From Clostridiales bacterium (GTDB lineage: Bacteria > Bacillota > Clostridia > Peptostreptococcales > Anaerovoracaceae): a DNA stretch of 64,000 nucleotides. Shown piece by piece: positions 57,038 to 64,000 of the stretch (positions are counted from its first letter, which is position 1; every line of letters starts with the position of its first letter). The stretch covers positions 2,960 through 66,959 of the forward strand of contig JALFNS010000018.1 of assembly GCA_022773945.1 (NCBI GenBank). Reading direction: 5' to 3'. A program made the position numbers and the translations under genes. The notes beneath the pieces were generated by a model, which saw only the letters and a program-made list of their open reading frames with translations, searched no databases and was not told where the DNA came from.

Positions 57038-58579
57038 ATGACTATCAGAATTGACGGTAACAGTCTGACGGTTGAAGACGTGATTAAGGTGTGCCGTGAG
57101 GGCGAGAAGGTTGAAATCGCCGAGGAAGCTAAGGCGGCAGTAAACAGAGCGAGAGCTTATGTAGAGAGAAAGCTGGAGGAGGATGCGGTAATCTATGGTC
57201 TGACTACAGGCTTCGGCAGATTTGCCAACGTTAAGATTTCCCAGGAGGAGACGGCGCTTCTGCAGAAGAATCTGATTATCAGCCACACCTGCGCCATGGG
57301 TAATCCGTACCCTAAGCACATCGTGAGAGCTGCAATGCTCCTGAGATGCAATGCGCTTTCGAGCGGATATTCAGGCATCAGACTTTCTACGATTCAGACA
57401 ATGGTTGACATGCTCAACGCAGATATAATTCCGGTAGTTCCGGAGAAGGGTTCAGTCGGATCCTCAGGTGACCTGGCACCGCTGTCATGTATCGCCCTGG
57501 GTCTCATAGGAATGGGCAAGGTTGAATACAAAGGCAAAGTGGTTGATGCCGCAGAAGCCTTTGCAGCCGAAGGACTGAAGCCGGTTGAGCTGGCAGCCAA
57601 GGAAGGCCTGGCGCTCAACAACGGAACACAGATGATGACGGCAGTAGGCGTTAACGTTCTTTACGACGCCATGCAGCTTCTCAAGACGGCAGATATAGCG
57701 GCGGCGCTCACGGGCGAAGCCCTCAAGGCCATCCGCAAAGCCTACGACCCTAAGGTTCACAAGATCAGAGGACACAAGGGTCAGATGACCGAGGCAGAGA
57801 ACATGAGAACGCTTCTCGAAGGATCGGAGAACGCCAAGTGGCTCCACGAGACGAAGGTGCAGGATCCGTATTCACAGAGATGCATGCCTCAGATACACGG
57901 AGCATCGAGAGATGCCATCGAATATGTGTACGACAAGGTATCAATAGAAATCAATGCAGTAACTGATAATCCGCTGGTATTCTCCATATCCGACGAAGTA
58001 ATCTCCGGAGGAAACTTCCACGGACAGCCGATGGCACTGGCCTTTGACTTCCTGAAGATAGCTATATCCGAGCTGGCTAACGTATCAGAGAGAAGAACGG
58101 AGAGAATGGTTAACTCGCAGCTTTCTGAAGGCCTGCCTGCATTCCTTGTTAAGAACGGAGGACTCAACTCCGGTTACATGATCGCACAGTATGCGGCAGC
58201 ATCCATGGTATCCGAGAACAAGGTCTACGACCACCCGGCATGCGTGGACTCCATCCCTACGTCAGCCAACCAGGAGGACCACGTTTCCATGGGAACGACA
58301 TCCGCCAGAACAGCGGCAATGGTACTGGACAACGCGCAGAAGGTTATCGGAATCGAGCTTTCGGCGGCTGCACAGTCAATATGGCTCAGACAGGAGCAGG
58401 GCGAGCACGGAATCGACAACCTGGCACCGGCAACGAGAGCCGCATATGACCACATCAGAACCAAGGCCGACCCTATAGAAGAAGACATCATAATGCTTGA
58501 TGAACTGGCTAAATTTGACGAAATGGTTAAGAGCTTCGAGATAAACGAAGCCGTTGAGAAGGTAGTAACCCTCAAGTAG
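57038..58579 (+). CDS. hutH: Histidine ammonia-lyase
   Basis: IYGLTTGFG, LIISH, GSVGSSGDL, KEGLALNNGT, QDPYSQRC, SGGNFHGQP and NQEDHVSMG motifs; first gene of the hut operon. Confidence 0.93.
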   Translation: MTIRIDGNSLTVEDVIKVCREGEKVEIAEEAKAAVNRARAYVERKLEEDAVIYGLTTGFGRFANVKISQEETALLQKNLIISHTCAMGNPYPKHIVRAAMLLRCNALSSGYSGIRLSTIQTMVDMLNADIIPVVPEKGSVGSSGDLAPLSCIALGLIGMGKVEYKGKVVDAAEAFAAEGLKPVELAAKEGLALNNGTQMMTAVGVNVLYDAMQLLKTADIAAALTGEALKAIRKAYDPKVHKIRGHKGQMTEAENMRTLLEGSENAKWLHETKVQDPYSQRCMPQIHGASRDAIEYVYDKVSIEINAVTDNPLVFSISDEVISGGNFHGQPMALAFDFLKIAISELANVSERRTERMVNSQLSEGLPAFLVKNGGLNSGYMIAQYAAASMVSENKVYDHPACVDSIPTSANQEDHVSMGTTSARTAAMVLDNAQKVIGIELSAAAQSIWLRQEQGEHGIDNLAPATRAAYDHIRTKADPIEEDIIMLDELAKFDEMVKSFEINEAVEKVVTLK

Positions 58580-58596
58580 CCCGGAAGGAGGACGAA

Positions 58597-60621
58597 ATGT
58601 TAGAAAACAAAGCAATCGGAGAAGCGATGACAATCAAGCTCGACGCAGAGTATCCCGACTATCCCGAGTTCAAGGAAGGCATCAGAAGAGCTCCTGACAG
58701 AGGCTTCAGACTGACAAAGGCTCAGACGAGAATAGCCCTCAAGAACGCGCTGAGATACGTGCCTGAAGAGCTTCATGAGAAGTTGGCGCCGGAATTCATG
58801 GAGGAACTGAAGAATTACGGCAGAGTGTACGCATACAGATACAGACCGGAAGGCAGAATCTACGGCAAGCCGATTGACGAATACAAAGGCAACTGCCTGG
58901 CAGGCAAAGCCTTCCAGGTAATGATAGACAACAACCTGGACTTCGAAGTGGCTCTCTATCCGTACGAACTGGTAACCTACGGAGAGACAGGACAGGTATG
59001 CCAGAACTGGCTCCAGTACAGACTCATCAAGAAGTATCTCGAGGAGATGACTGAGGAACAGACACTGGTAGTTGAGTCGGGACACCCGCTGGGACTTTTC
59101 CCGTCCAAGCCTGAAGCACCGAGAGTAATAATCACCAACTCCATGATGGTGGGAATGTACGACAATCTGGACGACTGGGAAGTTGCCGAGCAGATGGGCG
59201 TGGCCAACTACGGACAGATGACGGCCGGCGGCTGGATGTACATAGGACCTCAGGGAATCGTTCACGGAACATTCAACACGATCCTCAACGCAGGAAGAAA
59301 AGAACTGGGAATCCCGGAAGACGGCGACCTGGCAGGACACACCTTCGTATCCTCAGGCCTGGGCGGCATGAGCGGCGCTCAGCCTAAGGCTGCCAACATA
59401 GCCAACGCAGTGGGAATCTTCGCTGAAGTTGACAAATCAAGAATCGAGACGAGACACAGCCAGGGATGGGTTGACGTGGTATGCGACGACTTGGACGAAG
59501 TGTTCCGCCTGGCAGAGGAGAAGGTTGCAGCAAAGGAGAGCATCTCCATAGCATACTGGGGTAACATCGTAGACCTGCTGGAGAGCGCAGTTGAGAGAAA
59601 CTTCAAGATTGACCTTCTCTCAGACCAGACATCATGCCACAACGTATACAACGGCGGATACTGCCCGGTAGGACTTACTTTCCAGAAGAGAACAGAGATG
59701 CTCCACCACGACAGAGAAATGTTCTGCGAAATGGTTGACGCATCACTCCACAGACATTATGAGGCAATCAAGGCCCTCACAGAGAGAGGAACATACTTCT
59801 TCGACTACGGCAACTCCTTCATGAAGGCAATGTACGATGCCGGAATCAAGGAGATTTCCAAGAACGGAGTGGACGACAAGGACGGATTCATATGGCCTTC
59901 ATACGTTGAGGACATTATGGGACCTATCCTCTTCGACTACGGCTACGGCCCGTTCAGATGGGTATGCCTCTCAGGCAAGCCTGAGGATCTGAGACTGACA
60001 GATCAGGCCGCCATGGATGTAATCGACCCTAACAGACGTGGACAGGACAGAGACAACTGGATCTGGATAAGAGACGCAGAGAAGAACAAACTGGTTGTGG
60101 GAACACAGGCCAGAATACTCTACCAGGATGCAGAAGGCAGAAGAGACATCGGACTGGCTTTCAACAAGCTGGTTAGAGAAGGCAAGATCGGCCCGGTAAT
60201 GATGGGAAGAGACCACCACGACGTATCGGGAACAGACTCACCGTTCAGAGAGACATCAAACATCAAGGACGGTTCCAATGTTATGGCTGACATGGCAGTG
60301 CAGTGCTTCGCGGGTAACGCGGCCAGAGGCATGAGCCTTTGCGCGCTCCACAACGGCGGCGGCGTAGGAATCGGTAAGGCCATCAACGGCGGCTTCGGAC
60401 TCCTCCTCGACGGAAGCGAGAGAGTTGACGAGATCCTCAAGTCCGCTATGATGTGGGACGTAATGGGCGGCGTTGCCAGAAGAAACTGGGCGAGAAACGA
60501 GCATGCGGTTGAGACTTCGGTGGCATACAACGCCAACTACGAGGGCAAAGGCCACATCACCATCCCTTACATCGCAGACGACGAGCTGGTTGACAAGGTT
60601 GTCGATGATTTCGTGGAATAA
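58597..60621 (+). CDS. hutU: Urocanate hydratase (long type)
   Basis: YPYELVTYG, GQMTAGGWMYIGPQGIVHGT, GLGGMSGAQP, GRDHHD and HNGGGVG motifs. Confidence 0.96.
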   Translation: MLENKAIGEAMTIKLDAEYPDYPEFKEGIRRAPDRGFRLTKAQTRIALKNALRYVPEELHEKLAPEFMEELKNYGRVYAYRYRPEGRIYGKPIDEYKGNCLAGKAFQVMIDNNLDFEVALYPYELVTYGETGQVCQNWLQYRLIKKYLEEMTEEQTLVVESGHPLGLFPSKPEAPRVIITNSMMVGMYDNLDDWEVAEQMGVANYGQMTAGGWMYIGPQGIVHGTFNTILNAGRKELGIPEDGDLAGHTFVSSGLGGMSGAQPKAANIANAVGIFAEVDKSRIETRHSQGWVDVVCDDLDEVFRLAEEKVAAKESISIAYWGNIVDLLESAVERNFKIDLLSDQTSCHNVYNGGYCPVGLTFQKRTEMLHHDREMFCEMVDASLHRHYEAIKALTERGTYFFDYGNSFMKAMYDAGIKEISKNGVDDKDGFIWPSYVEDIMGPILFDYGYGPFRWVCLSGKPEDLRLTDQAAMDVIDPNRRGQDRDNWIWIRDAEKNKLVVGTQARILYQDAEGRRDIGLAFNKLVREGKIGPVMMGRDHHDVSGTDSPFRETSNIKDGSNVMADMAVQCFAGNAARGMSLCALHNGGGVGIGKAINGGFGLLLDGSERVDEILKSAMMWDVMGGVARRNWARNEHAVETSVAYNANYEGKGHITIPYIADDELVDKVVDDFVE

Positions 60622-60633
60622 GGGGACGATAGC

Positions 60634-61866
60634 ATGAAGCGCACATTAGTCAAGAATATAGGCATCCTGCAGACACCTGCGGGATGCTACAGCCACAAAG
60701 GCAGCAAGCAGGGAGTCAACCTGAAGCTGAAGGATGCGGCAATAGCCATAGAAGACGGCCTGATCAGAGAAATCACCGAGGACGGCAAGCTCCCGGAAGG
60801 AGAGTTTGATGAGGTGATAGACGCAGAGGGCAACCTGGTTACTCCGGGGCTGGTTGACGGACACACCCACCTGGTGTTCGGAGGATACAGACAGCATGAA
60901 ATCGCCATGAAGCTGGCGGGAGCGGATTATCTGGATATTCTCAAGGCCGGCGGCGGAATACTGGACACGGTGAGAAAGACCAGAGAGGCTACAGAGGAAG
61001 AGCTTGTCGAGAAGAGCATGGGCTTCCTGGACGAAATGCTGAATCTGGGTGTTACCACCACGGAGATCAAGAGCGGTTACGGACTGGATTTAGAGAACGA
61101 GCTGAAGCTTTTGCGCGTTATCAGGACTCTCGGGGAGAAGCACGCCATGGATGTGGTCCCGACCTTCATGGGACCTCACGCGGTGCCGCCTGAATACGAA
61201 GGAAGAGGTGACGAATACATCGACATGGTATGCAGCACCATGCTTCCTGAAATAAGAAAAGAGAATCTGGCCGAGTTCTGCGATGTGTTCACGGAGGATT
61301 CCGTGTTCAATGCGGAGCAGAGCCGCAGGTACATGACATGCGCCCGTTCACTGGGCTTCGAGCTTAAGATTCATGCGGATGAAATAGAAGCAATCGGAGG
61401 CAGTGAGCTGGCAGGCGAGATGGGAGCCGCTTCGGCGGAGCACCTCATCGCCATAACGGAGTCGGGAATGGAGGCCCTGGCAGCGGGAGGAACGACGGCA
61501 ATGTGTCTGCCGGCAACTTCCTTCTACCTGGACAAGACATACGCCCCGGCAAGAAAAATGATAGAGAAGGGAATCCCTGTTGCCATCGCCAGCGATTTCA
61601 ACCCGGGATCCTGCCCGTCTCTTAACCTGCAGTTTGCCGCCAATCTGGGCAGCCTGAAGTACAAGCTGACACCGGAGGAGGTGCTGACTGCAATCACCAT
61701 AAACCCTGCCTGCGCCATAGACAGAGGGGACGTGGTGGGAACTCTCGAGAAGGGGAAGCAGGCGGATCTGGTAATCTGGGACGCGCCTGATTTCGAGATG
61801 ATCTGCTACAGATTCGGTTCGAATCTGGCTAAACATGTTATCAAAAACGGAGAGCTGGTTAAATAA
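60634..61866 (+). CDS. hutI: Imidazolonepropionase
   Basis: PGLVDGHTHLVFGG, EIKSGYGL, KIHADE, ASDFNPGS and GKQADL motifs. Confidence 0.96.
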   Translation: MKRTLVKNIGILQTPAGCYSHKGSKQGVNLKLKDAAIAIEDGLIREITEDGKLPEGEFDEVIDAEGNLVTPGLVDGHTHLVFGGYRQHEIAMKLAGADYLDILKAGGGILDTVRKTREATEEELVEKSMGFLDEMLNLGVTTTEIKSGYGLDLENELKLLRVIRTLGEKHAMDVVPTFMGPHAVPPEYEGRGDEYIDMVCSTMLPEIRKENLAEFCDVFTEDSVFNAEQSRRYMTCARSLGFELKIHADEIEAIGGSELAGEMGAASAEHLIAITESGMEALAAGGTTAMCLPATSFYLDKTYAPARKMIEKGIPVAIASDFNPGSCPSLNLQFAANLGSLKYKLTPEEVLTAITINPACAIDRGDVVGTLEKGKQADLVIWDAPDFEMICYRFGSNLAKHVIKNGELVK

Positions 61867-61878
61867 AGGAGCAACAAG

Positions 61879-62505
61879 ATGAAATTAATTGACATGAAGT
61901 TAAGCGAATACCTGGATGTACTCATTTCGGATGAGCCGGCACCGGGCGGCGGCAGTGTGAGCGCACTGGCGGGAGCACAGGGAGCGGCCCTCATGTCCAT
62001 GGTATGCGATCTGACGATTTCCAAGAAGAAGTATGCGGATGACCACGACTTCTGCAGAGGAATCAAGGAAGAAGCCGTGGCTCTGTACAAGGATCTGTCG
62101 GCAGCCATAGACAAGGATACTGACGCCTACAATCTGGTGGCGGCCGCATTCAAGATGCCTAAGGGAACCGACGAGGAGAAGGCTGCCAGAAAGCAGGCCA
62201 TAGCCGACGGAACTCTCGAGGCGACCAAGGTGCCTTACAGTGTTATGGAGATGGCGACGAAGGGACTGGACATAGCGGACAGACTTTACGGACACTTCAA
62301 CATGAACTGTGCCAGTGACTACGGCGTGGGCGTTCTCAACTTCCTCGCATGTGTCAAGGGAGCATGGCTCAACGTTAAGATCAACCTGCCGGGCGTGAAG
62401 GATGAGGCTTTTGCGGCTGAATGCGAAGCTAAAGGCAGAGAGATGATGGCCAGATGTGAAGAGATAGCAGGAAGATTATACAGCAAGATTGAGGAGGAAT
62501 TATAA
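61879..62505 (+). CDS. Formiminotetrahydrofolate cyclodeaminase family protein
   Basis: PAPGGGSVSALAGA, IDKDTDAY, GTLEATKVP and AWLNVKINL motifs. Confidence 0.9.
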   Translation: MKLIDMKLSEYLDVLISDEPAPGGGSVSALAGAQGAALMSMVCDLTISKKKYADDHDFCRGIKEEAVALYKDLSAAIDKDTDAYNLVAAAFKMPKGTDEEKAARKQAIADGTLEATKVPYSVMEMATKGLDIADRLYGHFNMNCASDYGVGVLNFLACVKGAWLNVKINLPGVKDEAFAAECEAKGREMMARCEEIAGRLYSKIEEEL

Positions 62506-63401
62506 TGGCGAAGATTATCGAAAGCGTACCTAATATAAGTGAAGGCAGAAACCGTGAGGTTATCGAAGCATGCGTGGATCAGATCAGAAACACACCGGGA
62601 TGCACTCTTCTGGACTATTCGTCCGACGAGACTCATAACAGATCGGTTATAACATATATGGGAAGCCCTGAGGCCTGTGAAGAGGCAAGCGTGAAGCTGG
62701 CCAAGAAGGCTGTCGAGCTCATCGACCTGACGAAGCACGAGGGCGGACACCCGAGAATGGGATGTGTTGACGTAATGCCGTTCATTCCTATCAAGGACGC
62801 AACTACAGAGGACTGTGATGAGCTGGCCAAGAAGGTTGGTGCCAGAATCGCAGAAGAGGCTGACCTGCCGGTATTCCTCTATGAGGATTCCGCATCAGCA
62901 CCGCACAGGAAGAACCTGGCCAAGATCAGAAAGGGTCAGTTCGAAGGCATGGCCGAGAAGGTTAAGGAAGACAAGTGGATTCCTGACTTCGGCGGACAGA
63001 GAATACACCCTACGGGCGGCGTTGTGGCAGTAGGAGCCAGACCTCCTCTCATCGCCTTCAACATCAACCTGGGAACAGACGACGAAGGAATAGCCAAGAA
63101 GATTGCCAACATCATCAGAGAAGTCAAGGGCGGATTCAAGTGTGTCAAGGCTATGGGCCTGCTCCTTGAGGACAGAAACGTTGCTCAGGTTTCGATCAAC
63201 ATGACTGACTTCAGAGTAACGCCGCTCCACAGAGTTCTCGAGCTCGTCAGAAGAGAAGCTGCCAGATACGGAGTCAACGTTATAGGAACCGAAATCATAG
63301 GACTGGCTCCTATGCAGGCATTCCTTGATGCGGCAGATTACTATCTGCAGATTGAGGACTTCGACCCTGACGTGCAGGTAATCGAGAATCACTTGCTCTA
63401 A
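62505..63401 (+). CDS. ftcD: Glutamate formimidoyltransferase
   Basis: IIESVPNISEGR, HNRSVIT, HPRMGCVDVMPF, GARPPLIAFN and QVSINMT motifs. Confidence 0.95.
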   Translation: MAKIIESVPNISEGRNREVIEACVDQIRNTPGCTLLDYSSDETHNRSVITYMGSPEACEEASVKLAKKAVELIDLTKHEGGHPRMGCVDVMPFIPIKDATTEDCDELAKKVGARIAEEADLPVFLYEDSASAPHRKNLAKIRKGQFEGMAEKVKEDKWIPDFGGQRIHPTGGVVAVGARPPLIAFNINLGTDDEGIAKKIANIIREVKGGFKCVKAMGLLLEDRNVAQVSINMTDFRVTPLHRVLELVRREAARYGVNVIGTEIIGLAPMQAFLDAADYYLQIEDFDPDVQVIENHLL

Positions 63402-63422
63402 GAGCCGGGGGAGGTAAACAAG

Positions 63423-64000
63423 GTGCGTCGACAGACCATTCCGGGCGAGGTCACGCTTGCTGATGAAATAACAGAAATAATCAGAGGCAGGATTATAGCC
63501 GGCGAATATTCCATGGGGGAGCGCCTCGTGGAGAATCAGATAGCCAAGGAGCTCAAAGTGAGCCGGACACCGGTTCGCGATGCTATGAAGAAGCTGCTTA
63601 GCGAGGAGCTTGTTGAGTATGTGCCGAACAAAGGCTGTTTCGCCAAAGGCTTCGACAGTCAAGACATGAAGGATGTTTATGCTGTCAGGGCTGCAGTCGA
63701 GCAGCTGGCTGTGGTATGGGCCATAAGAAACAGGACCGACAAGGAGATGGAGAAGCTCAGGCGCCAGCTGGAGATCATGAGCCTGTATACCGCCCAGAAA
63801 TCACAGGAGAAGCTGCTCCAGGCCAATGAGGATTTCCACAATATGATTTTTCATATGACCAGGAGCCGGTTTATCGTCAGGGCGCTGAGGACGTACCAGG
63901 ACTATGTGCATCTGGCGAGAAAGGCAACATTGTCAAAGGAGGAGAATCTCCCGGAGGTGTACAGAGAGCACGAGGAGATTTTTAAAGCCATTGAAGCCGG
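63423..64000 (+). CDS. GntR-family (FCD) regulator, runs off the window
   Basis: Not in the ORF track. GTG after GGAGG gives RRQTIPGEVTLADEITEIIRGRII..RLVENQIAKELKVSRTPVRDAMKKL, followed by an FCD-like region. Confidence 0.88.
   Translation, partial: MRRQTIPGEVTLADEITEIIRGRIIAGEYSMGERLVENQIAKELKVSRTPVRDAMKKLLSEELVEYVPNKGCFAKGFDSQDMKDVYAVRAAVEQLAVVWAIRNRTDKEMEKLRRQLEIMSLYTAQKSQEKLLQANEDFHNMIFHMTRSRFIVRALRTYQDYVHLARKATLSKEENLPEVYREHEEIFKAIEA

Overview
This window covers the chromosomal replication-origin region of an anaerobic Firmicute of roughly 50% GC. Gene content and order suggest a clostridial lineage such as Anaerovoracaceae/Family XIII (inference). From 1 to 16.7 kb lies the conserved oriC block (parA, two perfect parS sites, rsmG, mnmG, mnmE, jag, yidC, yidD, rnpA, rpmH | dnaA, dnaN, recF, gyrB, gyrA, trpS), with DnaA boxes on both sides of dnaA and DnaA-trio repeats before dnaN. 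Next come rpsF-ssb-rpsR, gdpP-rplI-dnaB and housekeeping genes, a cobamide salvage/remodelling operon (cbiR-like, cobT, cobU, cobS, cobU-like, cobC), metG, cysK, a sortase-type surface protein, and a folate-dependent histidine utilisation operon. No tRNA, rRNA, CRISPR array, integrase or transposase was recognised. The most unusual observations are: (1) a leaderless PD-(D/E)XK-like nuclease gene followed directly by a helically phased array of alternating AGATACA/TGTATCT half-sites, with a second gene-less array of the same geometry but a different motif (CTGACAA/TTGTCAG) at 23.6-23.9 kb; (2) a single ORF fusing NnrE, LarE and MazG domains; (3) a DnaD-like protein fused to a helicase-loader N-terminal Zn domain with no ATPase domain; (4) a GdpP lacking its membrane anchor; (5) a HutH with a Ser-Ser-Gly MIO triad. 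All product calls come from motif recognition by eye, not database searches.
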